Positions 40,381 to 54,454 are shown, numbered from the whole stretch's first letter. The stretch is 63,895 bases of DNA, filler included, from Octopus bimaculoides (GCF_001194135.2; 6 parts of 6 records of this genome joined end to end with filler, not necessarily neighbours in it), one strand, 5' to 3'. Notes: generated by a model from the letters alone, not told the origin. Made by a program: numbers and translations.

Positions 40381-40697
40381 GTATGTGTCTATCTAGCTAT
40401 TTATTTATCTCTCTCTCTCCCTATATATATATATATCACTCTGTGTCTATCAATGAATCTCTCTCTCTCTCTTTTTCTTTTCAACTATCTCTCTGTCTAT
40501 GTACGTCTCTCAGATTTGAGACTATAGCATATATGTATACATGTATGTCACTGTGGTAGTGCATCTCCGTCGTTCGACGACGAAGATTCAGATAATCGAT
40601 CAACTAAAGAACATGCTTCATATCACCATTTAACATGTAAATGGGTGAATATTCCACATCTAGCTATACTCAGAATGTTTTTCTTAGAATCAGCGTA

Positions 40698-40766
40698 ACA
40701 CAGGGCGTAGTGGTTAAGAGCGCGGGCTACTAACCCCTAGATTCCGAGTTCGATTCCAGGCAGTAA

Positions 40767-40855
<89 letters not shown>

Positions 40856-41035
40856 TCGAAAATGCATTAGGAATGAGAACCCAGGTTCGAAATTTCCCCT
40901 GGGCACCCGATGAATGCTGGTGGGTATATCAGCCGAAACGTTCTGTTAACAACAAACAAGATCAGGACAAATATCCGTCAAATGTAAATAATGGAAATAA
41001 TGTACATAATTCCCCATCTCTTAAATATAGAACTG
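40698..41035 (+). mobile_element. tRNA-headed SINE (family F) with internal (AAT)n and hammerhead-like 3' part
   Basis: A-box-like ggcgtagtgg (40704-40713), B-box gagttcgattcc (40746-40757), (AAT)n at 40771-40853, then ccgatga-a-tgctg...cagcc-gaaa-cgtt. Confidence 0.7.
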
Positions 41036-42287
41036 TACTAGAAATATCATTTGGCTCAAATTCATTCTTCATTCTAAACTGCAGCAAAGATTGTAGCAGA
41101 ATACACCCCAGTTTTAATTTCGGACATTTCCAAATATCGTAGATTATTCAATAGGAAAAACTTAAAAGATAGAAACAACCGTTCAAAAAATATATATGAA
41201 AATAATCTCGAAACCAATGGTCTGGAAAGAAAAATTTCAAATCCTTAGCCATTAAGAGGTATTTGCGTAAAACGAAACTATTCTATAAGGCAACCGTTCT
41301 GTAGGGAAGAAAGCTGTCACAAAATACATCTGACCTAAGCAGGACGTTGAAAAATAGATTCGCACAACATATATACACTTTCTACGCAATAAAGCGTAGG
41401 AGACTATTTTGTGACCCATACATGGAACTAACGGAGGTAATTATAAGTGCAAATATTAACTGGGCAATAATAGATTGGATTAATCCTTACATAAATGTAC
41501 AGTGGCCTTGACCTATACGCTGCTGAAAAACATGACATAATTACGCTCCATATCCCTAAATGAAATAAATTGTGGCATCCCAGAAGAAACAGAGTAAACA
41601 CCATCGCAGATACGAATATTTATATAAATAACTGATCTCAATGACAATAGCGTAAATATCTGATGACTCCATAGAAAATGGTAAAACGGGAACAGCAATG
41701 ACAACCCTAGGTTGAAGAAGAGGGATGAAAACAAAAGAGAAGATATTTCCTAGAGAGGAATAGAAATTTAGAGATACCGGTTACAGAAGACAAAAGAGAA
41801 CAGGACAAAAGAATTAAGGGCAAATGACTCTGCTCATGTTTCTCCTGCAGAGTCAAGAAAGGAATCAATAGAAGAAGAGTTTAACGAAATGGAATCTAGT
41901 AAAGAAATCGACCGACGGAAACAAAACAAGAAAAAACAAAAAAAACAAACAAAAATGGTCAATGAATAGCGAGTAAAGTTTAAAACGCGCCACCTACAAC
42001 ATATAAACCAATGAAAATGAAAGGCTTTTTAAAGAAACCGGACGTAACAACGAAGTTTACTAAAAAGTACACATCAACACGATGTGTGTGTGTATGTGTG
42101 TAAGCGTGCGTGCGTGTGTGTCTATGTGTGTATGTGCGTACATATATATATATATCATATAATTATGTAAGAACACAAACATATAATTACATATATATAA
42201 AAAATATATATATGGTAAATACCTAAATAAAGGTGTGTAAATATACATACATACACCCATACATACATACATACATACATACATACA

Positions 42288-42321
<34 letters not shown>

Positions 42322-42477
42322 CACACGTACATACATATAAACATATAAACAGTATATACAAACACGCACATATATAGATATACAAATGTATATATGTATA
42401 TATTCATACATATATACATTATATAAAAACACACATACTCACACATACACATATATACACATAAAAACATACATACA

Positions 42478-42510
<33 letters not shown>

Positions 42511-43071
42511 NNNNNNNNNNNNNNNNNNNNNNNNNNNNNNNNNNNNNNNNNNNNNNNNNNNNNNNNNNNNNNNNNNNNNNNNNNNNNNNNNNNNNNNNNN
42601 NNNNNNNNNNNNNNNNNNNNNNNNNNNNNNNNNNNNNNNNNNNNNNNNNNNNNNNNNNNNNNNNNNNNNNNNNNNNNNNNNNNNNNNNNNNNNNNNNNNN
42701 NNNNNNNNNNNNNNNNNNNNNNNNNNNNNNNNNNNNNNNNNNNNNNNNNNNNNNNNNNNNNNNNNNNNNNNNNNNNNNNNNNNNNNNNNNNNNNNNNNNN
42801 NNNNNNNNNNNNNNNNNNNNNNNNNNNNNNNNNNNNNNNNNNNNNNNNNNNNNNNNNNNNNNNNNNNNNNNNNNNNNNNNNNNNNNNNNNNNNNNNNNNN
42901 NNNNNNNNNNNNNNNNNNNNNNNNNNNNNNNNNNNNNNNNNNNNNNNNNNNNNNNNNNNNNNNNNNNNNNNNNNNNNNNNNNNNNNNNNNNNNNNNNNNN
43001 NNNNNNNNNNNNNNNNNNNNNNNNNNNNNNNNNNNNNNNNNNNNNNNNNNNNNNNNNNNNNNNNNNNNNNN

Positions 43072-43111
<40 letters not shown>

Positions 43112-43404
43112 ATGCATACACATATATACGTATGTGGGCATATATATGTGTATGTGTATACGTGTGTGTGTATACACACACATATACACTCAGCAGATTT
43201 TTTATAGTGTTAATGTTATATGTGAATGAAAATAGTCACAACCATTATTATTCTATATTTGAAAATATTTCTTTATATACACATATATATGCTATAGAAT
43301 ACACACGTCTCTCTCCCGTTATAAGTACATATATATGTACATATATGTATTCATATATACATATACATACACAGACACATACACACATACACACACACAC
43401 ACAG

Positions 43405-43443
<39 letters not shown>

Positions 43444-43626
43444 ATTATCAATAATTATCAAAGTTGGCAATTATATGTATATATGTATATATACCTCCCT
43501 TACACACAATCTTTTTACTAAGGGACTAATAGACCTGACACCGTTCAGTATTCGGTGTGCATTCAAAGCAATGATTAGTAATATAACGAAACCGGTATGC
43601 TTTTGAATTTCTTAAACAAGCCCGTC

Positions 43627-43674
<48 letters not shown>

Positions 43675-44468
43675 NNNNNNNNNNNNNNNNNNNNNNNNNN
43701 NNNNNNNNNNNNNNNNNNTTAATTAATTAANNNNNNNNNNNNNNNNNNNNNNNNNNNNNNNNNNNNNNNNNNNNTATATATGTATGTATTATATATGTAT
43801 ATATATTTCTAAATCTTGTACAACTCTATTAGCCTCTTCCCCCTTATTCGTTCATTCCACTCTTCGTTCTTTGGATCCCCCTCCGCTCACATTTCCTTGC
43901 GGTCTCTTCTTGCTCACTTTCCCTCCACTTTTCACTTCACTGTGTCCCTGTCATTTTTCTCGCCCCTCCTTAATTCTTTTGTCCCTCTGCCTTTACTTCT
44001 CCCTCTTCTCTTCCCACGTGACCGGCGTTCGGCCAAGTTTGATCTTTCTTTCTTGGCCGGCCGTTGTGCATGCAACATCGATAATCCTCCCTGTGCCTGT
44101 GAAATCCAGTATCACTGCCATAAGGCTTTATTTCCACACGCGCCAGCTTAGTTTAATTCACCCTTAGTGGAAAGACATCTGTTGTTATGTCCTGTTATCA
44201 TTTTTATTGTATTTTTGGAACATCGATCGTTTTTTTCAATCCTTGTTTTTGTATACATTCGCTGCTGTCTTCCACGGTATCTAACGCTCTTAGTTTATTC
44301 TGTCCTTGGGGCTGGCTAGATTGGCGCAATATCGACCATAACCGGCCGAAATTGCAAATATAATCTGGATCTTGACTGAGGAAAGAAAACTCCAAATGAC
44401 CTGTCCTTGTTCTTTTTTGTATCGACTGTCTGGCTGTTTTGCGTTCTTGTCCCATTTTGTATTATTTT

Positions 44469-44512
<44 letters not shown>

Positions 44513-44869
44513 GGTGTGTGTGTGTGCGTGTGTGTGTGTGTGTGCGCGTAAGTATTGTGTGTGTGTGTGTGTGTATACTTTCTATAATTTCAGCACAATG
44601 AGAGGTTAGTGTTGTTGGGCGAGAAAAGGAGAAAAGTGTTCATGCGCGAAATATTGATAGATGTCGCTATACTAATTAGCACACTTTGAATGAAAGCAGG
44701 AATAAGAAATACAGTGTATTTGTATCTAAAAAATTCAAACGACGTCATGCGCGGCTATTCTAAGAGGGAGCTTGAGTTGCGAAGAAGCGTCCTGTAAGCC
44801 ATCAAATACGGTATATTATTATTAATAATTTAGCCTTAAAAAGTGCGAAAATTATATATTGCCACGAAA

Positions 44870-44997
44870 AATGCCATAAAATATCGCGGATGATATCTAC
44901 GATTTCGCGAATATGTGGTTTTTCTGCGAATAATTATTAGTTCCACGAATAACCGGGTTTAGGAATGCTTGAACCGCGAATAAGCGGGAGTACACTG
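44870..44997. mobile_element. Possible terminus of a Tigger/pogo-like non-autonomous element
   Basis: ccgcgaataagcgggagtacactg reads cagtgtactcccgcttattcgcgg in reverse, resembling pogo-family TIRs. I found no partner end. Confidence 0.35.
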
Positions 44998-45012
44998 TGT
45001 GTATATATATAT

Positions 45013-45085
<73 letters not shown>

Positions 45086-45769
45086 CATACATACATACAT
45101 GCATACATGCAAATATACAAACATGCATACCTGTATACGTACGTGCATTTATACATATATATAGATATATATGTATATATGTGTGTATACATGTTTGCAT
45201 GTGTTTATGTATCTAATTGCAGTTATAAGAATATATATCTGGGTATGTATTTGAAGTTATATGCCCAAGTGGATCTTCGTGTTTGTCTTTATAGCTGTAT
45301 GTCTGCTGTATGTTTGTATACTAGGTATCGAAGATTAAGCGCTGTCTATTTCAATAATTTTACTTCTTATTTCTACTTCTCTTCCATCTGACTTAAAAGT
45401 TGCGTTCTAATAAGTCGTAAAACGTTGCTGACCATTTATATGTATTAAAATAATATATTTCAAAAAATATTTCATGAATTATACATTTATATCTAGCCTA
45501 TAGGCGTAAATGATTGATGCTGCATCGTATTTCATATCATTTTAAGTGGCAATAATATTTTTTGGTGCCGTATGGTAAATAATAGAACACGATTTTCAAA
45601 GCTTAGAATGTAACCTGTGATATGACAGTTTTGTTACTACATAAACAAATATCTTTATTTTCCTGAGTACAACCCTCGCCCCGCACACAGACCCACGTAT
45701 CTATACATATATTTTATGTATGTATATAGACACACATAAATATATATACATACACACACGCGCACGCAC

Positions 45770-45937
<168 letters not shown>

Positions 45938-46086
45938 GAATGCATATAAAGTTATTTGAATATTAAGTAACAAATCTCTCATATAATGTCGTGCACACAT
46001 ACAGTTATTTGTGTATATGCGCGCACGCGTAGGTGAATGTGTGTGTAGTGTTTGTGAGTGTGTGTGTATATAATGTATAATATATG

Positions 46087-46121
<35 letters not shown>

Positions 46122-46743
46122 CGAATATTATGGAAGAGATGGAACTTAGACTATGAGAGGTCAGTTTTTTTAACAAAGACGAACGCCTGAATATGAATAA
46201 CAATACAGTATAGGTTATTGATTTATGGAAATTAGTTCAATTCCTGAGAACAGTTGCCCAGGGACATTTGAGATAATATATAAGGAAGGAGTAGTCTTCT
46301 GACGAATCGTGAATTCTCCAACATTTTCTTACATTCATGAAAACAGACTGATTGGCTGCAAATGTGAGGACAATTGTAAACACGTGTCTAAGCTTTATTG
46401 CGCGTCTTTAACGCAGCAGTTGATTTTTCTTGNNNNNNNNNNNNNNNNNNNNNNNNNNNNNNNNNNNNNNNNNNNNNNNNNNNNNNNNNNNNNNNNNNNN
46501 NNNNNNNNNNNNNNNNNNNNNNNNNNNNNNNNNNNNNNNNNNNNNNNNNNNNNNNNNNNNNNNNNNNNNNNNNNNNNNNNNNNNNNNNNNNNNNNNNNNN
46601 NNNNNNNNNNNNNNNNNNNNNNNNNNNNNNNNNNNNNNNNNNNNNNNNNNNNNNNNNNNNNNNNNNNNNNNNNNNNNNNNNNNNNNNNNNNNNNNNNNNN
46701 NNNNNNNNNNNNNNNNNNNNNNNNNNNNNNNNNNNNNNNNNNN

Positions 46744-46810
<67 letters not shown>

Positions 46811-47929
46811 GAATGAAGCAAATACTGGCATGTACTGACACACGTATTCCCACAATCACACATGCACCCATATTTGTCTTCTGAAAGACACTATTTATAT
46901 TGGATATATTGGCAATTTTCCAGTTCAAAATTGGGGACAATTCTATGTATATTAATTCTGCTGAACACTCCTCTGATTTACTTGCCTTAGCTACGCTTTC
47001 GATATCATAATCGCCCTATTCAGTCTATACTCACCCCTTCATCTTAGCCACTGATTATAACATACTTCATTGAGAAAATCTAACAAACGAAATCATTTAC
47101 TTTTCTTTCAATAATTTTCTTTAAAGTAGTGCTTTGACTATCAGACTTCATTTTATGTGTAGTTCGTATTTATATATATATCATATCATATCATATCGTT
47201 ACTAATGTCAGTAGTATGGGACGTTAATAAAAATAGTATTGACAGTGATACATTCGAGTTCATATTGGCTTAATATAGTCGTTGTTAAGTTAAAGTATGC
47301 CGTGGTAGAAGGCGCACTTTGAACAATGATTATGTTGTAGGTTGTGATGGATGATTTTGTTGATTAAATGTGAAGTTGTTTTATTGTTCAGAATTCAGCC
47401 GTGCGTATGTAGTATTGTAATCAGATGTGTTCATTTCGGCATTTTACCCGAGATAGACACACATGTGATTGCTTCTTGAAGGTCCACAAAAAAATTTTGA
47501 TACGTGAGAATGTTAGTAGCTCAGGAGTTGTGTTAGTAGGGATGTTTTGAGGTTATATGTCACAGGTCAGTTTAGTATTTGAACCTAAATAATTAGATCT
47601 GTCACCTTCCAGGGCATGGAGGATTTAAGGGTTGACAAAATAACATAATGAGAAGTTTAGTTCGCCCAATTATTTGAAGCCTTCTAATGATCTTTAGACA
47701 TTTATTATTTTTACACAATTTAGTTGAAAAGGAAAATCCCCTTAATACGCTAAACTCGATTAAAGTCATTACAGTTATTTACCTGTAAATTCCCTTCATT
47801 TACTTAAGTAAAAATATATTAATTACATGCATTGTAAAAATTATTATCAGGGCCCATTTACATGTGGATATTGAATACGTAGTAGTTTCAATTTTTTTTT
47901 CTCCGAATTTTTTTTCTCCGTGTTTTTCT

Positions 47930-48070
47930 CCTTGTCTCCGTATTCTTTCTGTTGAAGAGCGTAGCTCGAAACGTCAAAGACTTTCCGTATTCCCGAGCGT
48001 CATACTAATATATACTTTTGTTATTTACACCACCTGTCCTCGTCTGTTGTTATTATTTGTATATTCTCCC
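47930..48070 (+). mobile_element. Family C Penelope-like pLTR-derived repeat with the best-preserved hammerhead-like motif
   Basis: tcttt-ctgttga-a-gag-cgtag-ctc-gaaa-cgtc-aaaga at 47944-47980, and a tail shared with 25650-25795. Confidence 0.6.
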
Positions 48071-49984
48071 ATATATNNNNNNNNNNNNNNNNNNNNNNNN
48101 NNNNNNNNNNNNNNNNNNNNNNNNNNNNNNNNNNNNNNNNNNNNNNNNNNNNNNNNNNNNNNNNNNNNNNNNNNNNNNNNNNNNNNNNNNNNNNNNNNNN
48201 NNNNNNNNNNNNNNNNNNNNNNNNNNNNNNNNNNNNNNNNNNNNNNNNNNNNNNNNNNNNNNNNNNNNNNNNNNNNNNNNNNNNNNNNNNNNNNNNNNNN
48301 NNNNNNNNNNNNNNNNNNNNNNNNNNNNNNNNNNNNNNNNNNNNNNNNNNNNNNNNNNNNNNNNNNNNNNNNNNNNNNNNNNNNNNNNNNNNNNNNNNNN
48401 NNNNNNNNNNNNNNNNNNNNNNNNNNNNNNNNNNNNNNNNNNNNNNNNNNNNNNNNNNNNNNTATATATATATATATATGAATATTCTTAGAGACCACTG
48501 AGGATGCATTTAAGTGGAATGGTTAGTTTGTCAGTATACTTATGTTCCTGCTGCTGTTCTTATTGAGGAGTTTAACCAGTTTCATTTGGGAAGTTGGAGG
48601 TTATTGTTTGAGCATGTAAAACTGATTGCGTGTTGATTAATGTATCTCAACTATGTTATTTGCTTCACCATTGAACTTATAGTAATTTGTTTATTTTGTT
48701 TTAATGTTCACAAGTAGGACTTAGGTAGTTCGAAAGATCAGTTGGTTAGCAGAGAATTCGCTATGAGTCAATTTTTCTATACTTCATCAGATTACTATTT
48801 GAAAGATTTAATTTTTGTGACTTAAGGCTGTTGGGTTTTTGGCTTATGTTTTTATAAATATTCTTTCAGTTCATTTATAAGCGTAGATGTTTTGCAATAT
48901 ATTATTTTGGGTCAATGAATATTTATAAATGTGAGAAATTATAAAACTATGTACGTAAAATATACAAAATTCTAGACTTGGTTACTGTTCCATCTTCTTT
49001 GCATACGTGTATGTTTAAATATATGTGTGTAAATGTATATTAAAATATTTTTATAGATATTATGTTTGAAAGTTAAGAATCATTTAGTAAGCCGCAACTT
49101 TAAAATCACTGATAATATTAAGCTTGCTAAAGAATAATAAGTATGTACTTTACAAAACGTATTGGCTAATCCTTTAGTTTGAAGTAAAATTGACTTTTTT
49201 TAGAATTCAGCATATAACAAACATTGATATATATGTATGTCTGTATATATGTATATATGACTGTATGTATGGCTGCATGAATGTGTATATGGTCACTGGA
49301 AATGCATTCTCTGTATGAGAATGCATACATTTAGAAAGATCCAGTAAAGTAAATATATATAGAACAAGAAATTTTATACCAATTCTCAATAGATTTCCTT
49401 GAATAGTAATAATCTATAAATTGTATAATGTGAATTCAAGAATGTTTCATTCTCCTATGCAATGAGTGGGCTATATGATTGCTAAGCATTTATTAGGTAG
49501 CTGCATTGAGAATTATAACTTCCGTGAAAAGTAGATATATAGGAGTAAACGCAACAATGATAGATGTATTTGAGCAGTAGCTTACTTTTATGCTATTAGA
49601 GTGAATATTCGTCTTTTAACTAATTGTTGCAGTGACATTTCAATTTCTAAAACGGAAGATAATTAATACTGCATGTGATAGCAAGTATGCATATACATCT
49701 GTGTGATATTTTGAGTGTGTCTATCTATTAGTTGTGTTTTATATGTTATTATATATGCATATATATATATATATATATATANNNNNNNNNNNNNNNNNNN
49801 NNNNNNNNNNNNNNNNNNNNNNNNNTTAATTAATTAANNNNNNNNNNNNNNNNNNNNNNNNNNNNNNNNNNNNNNNNNNNNATATCTTTTACTTTTCATA
49901 TTTTACTGGTTTCAGCCGGAGGCTGGTGCCATGCTAGATTATGCATTACAGTGTATTTGGGTTTCTTTCCCCTACTGTGTTTAG

Positions 49985-50550
49985 TGAAGGAGCAAGATGG
50001 ATAGAGCTGCTCTCCTTCCAGATGTATATCACTGCATATTTTTCATTCCTTCTCTCTCAAGAGTAGAGCTTCAGTTCCTTTACCCTCTTCCTGTAACTCA
50101 TCTATTTCACCGAGTTGATATTCTTTGTGTAGTGGCACTGGATTACCTCAAGTCCTGCTACCAGTTTGATGCCCTATGATCAATATACTTAGGAGGAGTA
50201 ATTCAGATGACTGAGAATGAAAGTTCTGCATAGCAGTACCATGGTATCTTTTTCCCTGGTTCTGAATGATCTCGGAATCCATACAGCTGCTCACTTGTAC
50301 AGTGTTACCCTTTTGGTAATATGCACATGGAATTTTGCATCATTACTCACGCAGATTTGCGGGTCATGCACCAACTCTGACTCTGGGATTGCACTACTCC
50401 ATGCTCCTGTACATTCTGATTGTAGCCTGTCTGCAGGCCAGTAGCAGAGTGCTTAAAACTCTCAGCATTCAACTGCATGTTATTTTCATCATTTGTATAT
50501 TGCATAGAGGTCATTTGGTCGTTTTGCAGTTTTAGTATTCTGAGTCATCA
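49985..50550 (-). mobile_element. CR1/L2-like LINE RT C-terminal fragment
   Basis: Minus-strand ENNMQLNAE, VSNDAKFHVHITKRV, RSFRTREKDTMVLL, LSHLNYSS, LEVIQCHYTKNI, RVKELKLYSxERRNEKYAVIYIWK follow the LDYC/LE.IQR/LYSLERRR motif series. Confidence 0.8.
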
Positions 50551-50584
50551 GAGTCCTTGACCACCTCTGATACATACATACATA

Positions 50585-50618
<34 letters not shown>

Positions 50619-51055
50619 NNNNNNNNNNNNNNNNNNNNNNNNNNNNNNNNNNNNNNNNNNNNNNNNNNNNNNNNNNNNNNNNNNNNNNNNNNNNNNNNNN
50701 NNNNNNNNNNNNNNNNNNTCATCTGCGGAAAAGAAAAAACATCACCACCATTATAAGTAACAAGGAAGCCACCAATAAATATAATTAGACTGAAGATTTT
50801 ATAATATTTTAGCTTTTGCCTTTTACTTGTTTCAGTAATTGGACTGTGGCCATGCTAGAGTATGGGTTTGAACAGTTTTAGTCAATCAAATCAATTCCAG
50901 TACTTGGGGTTTTTCTTTTTTTTTTTTGTATTTTGAAACTTTAATATTTATTTCATCAATTTCTCTTCGGCAAACTTCTAACTTGCTAAATGAACGCTGG
51001 TTATCCAGTGGTGGCAGAGAGGAGGTCACTAACACAGACACAAAGACACACAGAG

Positions 51056-51132
<77 letters not shown>

Positions 51133-51929
51133 CAAGATGGTCTTCTAAATAGTTGCTGTCTGATCAGATTCACTCACAAAACATTGATCAGCCCTGAGCT
51201 ATATTAAATATTGAACTGAACCTAAAGGCACATGATTGTAAAGAAAGCTTCCTAACCACACAGCCATTTTTTGTTGTTTAGAGTTAAAATTACTTTAGAG
51301 AGCAAACTTCAATACTTAACACTGATCGTTGGTCAAATCAAATAAACATCACTAAGATTCCCAGACAGGTGTTGCTTTATGTTATTCGGTGAAACACTTT
51401 ATTTTACATTGCTCCAGTTCACTCAGCTGTAAATGAGCAACCCTGTGACTGACTGGTATTGCATTCAGGGAGAATAGTATGACTCAGTCACTTATATTCC
51501 ATGGAAATGGGGTAATGAGCTTTACGAATTCTTGGACTTGAGTCAGTAGTGTACATATATATATATAAATATGATAGATTCTCTCATCAAAGATGATATA
51601 TGAGTGTTCAGTGAGAAGACAGAGAAACAAAGAAAATAGAAATCCAACCAAATAGACAATCACCAACGCATTCACATTACTATTAATATCATTCACCAAT
51701 GTTTACAATTCATTCACTTCACTTGGGGACTCCTCATGTGAGTCCTCTCAGACCACCAAAATCAATATAGATATGAACATGAGCATGTCTTATTGAGCCA
51801 GCATGTGATCTAGCTGAGAAATCACAATGTGGACAGTGGAGGTTTGTGAGAAAACCGTTATTCTGTTGGGCTTTTTTCTTGCTTGCCCCTAATTGCTGTT
51901 CATGTACCCTTTGGGTTTCAAAATTTTAA

Positions 51930-52830
51930 AGCTGGAAAAAGCACTCTCTCCCCCAGTCTGCACAGTTTTTTTTTGCAAAGATTCTCAGTTTTTTTTCCTA
52001 ATATTTAGGCATTTCAAACTATCTTTGAATTTGTCCTTATAACATAGAAGTGTGGAGGCGCAATGGCCCAGTGGTTAGGGCAGCGGACTCGCGTTCATAG
52101 GAGCGCGGTTTCGATTCCCAGACCGGGTGTTGTGAGTGTTTATTGAGCGAAAACACCTAAAGCTCCACGAGGCTCCGGCAGGGGATGGTGGCGAACCCTG
52201 CTGTACTCTTTCACCACAACTTCCTCTCACTTTTACTTCCTGTTTCTGTTGTGCCTGTAATTCAAAGGGGTCAGCCTTGTCACACTGTGTCACGCTGAAT
52301 ATCCCCGAGAACTACGTTAAGGGTACACGTGTCTGTGGAGTGCTCAGCCACTTGCACGTTAATTTCACAAGCAGGCTGTTCCGTTGATCGGATCAACTGG
52401 AACCCTCGACGTCGTAAGCGATGGAGTGCCAACAACAACCATAGAAGTGGCCAGCCTACATTATGCCATGAATTTACAAGCTGACCATAACAGATTTGTT
52501 TAGGCATTCAACCACTATCCATGTGAAGAATGTGTCCACACCATCACATCTGAGACTTGATCAAGAAAGCCTCTATACCACATATTCCACACCTTCCCAG
52601 AATAGTGCTATTCTTCACTCAATCATTCCACTCACACTTGTATATTTGCCTTAGGCATCTCACATTAAAGCTGTTCAGCTGACTGATGTGTCTATGGTAA
52701 GGTGTCCAGGTCTCTGCTCCATATAAAAGAGTTATTAGGACAACTGACTTTTACTGACTTATACTGAGAAATCTTGGATATTCCAAAGCTGATCACAAAG
52801 CTTCTGAAAAGCTGTACTGGTCTGTCCAGA
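51930..52830 (-). mobile_element. RTE LINE 3' fragment, split by a SINE insertion
   Basis: KSVVLITLLYGAETWTPYHRHISQLNSFNVRCLRQIY, WCGHILHM and MPKQICYGQL lie right of the SINE. The frame resumes left of it as PLLCYKDKFKDSLK. Confidence 0.85.
52052..52439 (+). mobile_element. Young tRNA-derived SINE (family D) with 9-bp TSD catagaagt
   Basis: A-box tggcccagtgg, B-box-like ggtttcgattcc and an (AAC)3 tail. The TSD is at 52043-52051 and 52440-52448. Confidence 0.95.
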
Positions 52831-53289
52831 CTGAGTTTGTATGTCTATGTGTATGAATAAATGTGTGTGTGTGTGTGTGTGTGGTTGCACCTTATCTACT
52901 TAACATTGCAGGGTAATTGTAAACAGCTGTAGCCTACATTTCCATTTTCCATTAAAACAGGTGAAGTTTGGTGACAGGAAGAGTATCCAGCCAGAGGAAA
53001 TTCTACTTCAGCAAATTCCATGTGACCCATGCAAGCATGGAAAGGTCAAACATTCAGCCAATAATGATAATGTTGATGATGATGATGATGATGATGATGG
53101 TGGTGACACCTGTGTATATAAAAGAAAATTATGAATAATAAGTGTTTTTCAAGACTTTCAAACAATAACAATGGTTTTTCTAAAGCACTAATTTATATTT
53201 CAAAAAGTCTGTGTGGTGCACTGAATTTCCTGATTGGTGCATGTTCTGTTTAAGAACCACCACTTTTGCATCTTTTGAAGATGCCAGTC

Positions 53290-53669
53290 ACCATCATTAC
53301 CATTATTGCCATCATTGTCATCATCGCCATTGTCATCATCATCATCATCTTAATCATCATCATCATCANNNNNNNNNNNNNNNNNNNNNNNNNNNNNNNN
53401 NNNNNNNNNNNNNNNNNNNNNNNNNNNNNNNNNNNNNNNNNNNNNNNNNNNNNNNNNNNNNNNNNNNNNNNNNNNNNNNNNNNNNNNNNNNNNNNNNNNN
53501 NNNNNNNNNNNNNNNNNNNNNNNNNNNNNNNNNNNNNNNNNNNNNNNNNNNNNNNNNNNNNNNNNNNNNNNNNNNNNNNNNNNNNNNNNNNNNNNNNNNN
53601 NNNNNNNNNNNNNNNNNNNNNNNNNNNNNNNNNNNNNNNNNNNNNNNNNNNNNNNNNNNNNNNNNNNNN

Positions 53670-53729
<60 letters not shown>

Positions 53730-53887
53730 GTCATCCTCATCATAATTGCCGTTGTTGTCATTGTCGCCATCATCATCATCGTCAGCACCACCAAATCCAC
53801 CACCACCACCACCACCATAATTGTCATCATTATCATCGTCATTATTGGCATCCCTACGATCATGATTATCATAGCATCCACCTACTA

Positions 53888-53920
<33 letters not shown>

Positions 53921-53960
53921 TTGCTGCTGTTGCTGCTGCTGCTACTACTACTACTACTAC
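53290..53960. repeat. Compound (ATC/ACC/ACT/GCT)n field spanning an N gap
   Basis: Seen directly. Confidence 0.9.
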
Positions 53961-54454
53961 TAATGGCCTCTGGCCCATTGAAAGATGCCAACTTCTTACC
54001 ACCAACACTTCCACCACCACCTAAACACATCTGATGCATCTACCTCCCATCCACCCTCAATCTCTACTTTCACTTCACTCGATTCACAAACTTCAAGTTT
54101 AAACAATTCCCCTTTCCCTCTCCCGAATAACATCCTCCACTCACTGGAGTACCTTCTCTGCTCCACTCTGCCCTCATTTTTGCTTGCTGCAGGCATTGAC
54201 CCCTAAGATGCTCCAATTTCGAAAATCAACCACATTAACTTCATCCTTGAGGTGAGAGGCAAGAGGTAAGTGTCATGCAAAGGAACTTAGATATAACTCT
54301 TTCTTTCCCCTTCTAACCAAAATAAAAAAAAAGGGGGTGGGGGAACAAAATGTATTTTTCTATTTTATTAATTATTCGCTGCTCATTTTCCTCTGCTGCA
54401 TCCCCACCCATCTGCACTCCCCTTTACATTCCCACAAACTTACTTAACCACCCA

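Noticed and set aside
40698-40760. tRNA-like sequences here and at 52052 and 54455
   Set aside because: No acceptor stem closure or complete cloverleaf. They are SINE heads, not tRNA genes.
42060-43521. Long ORFs of HT/CV/IY dipeptides and X runs (here and throughout the track)
   Set aside because: Products of dinucleotide repeats and N gaps.
51725-51756. ggactc/gagtcc hairpin preceded by ctgaga on the minus strand
   Set aside because: It lacks GAAA and a cleavage triplet, so it is not counted as hammerhead-like.
54193-54271. Apparent exon between tgcag and ag|gtaagt
   Set aside because: Two frames stop at once and the third stops before the strong donor. The surroundings look like a decayed Penelope-type remnant. 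It cannot be supported without RNA data.
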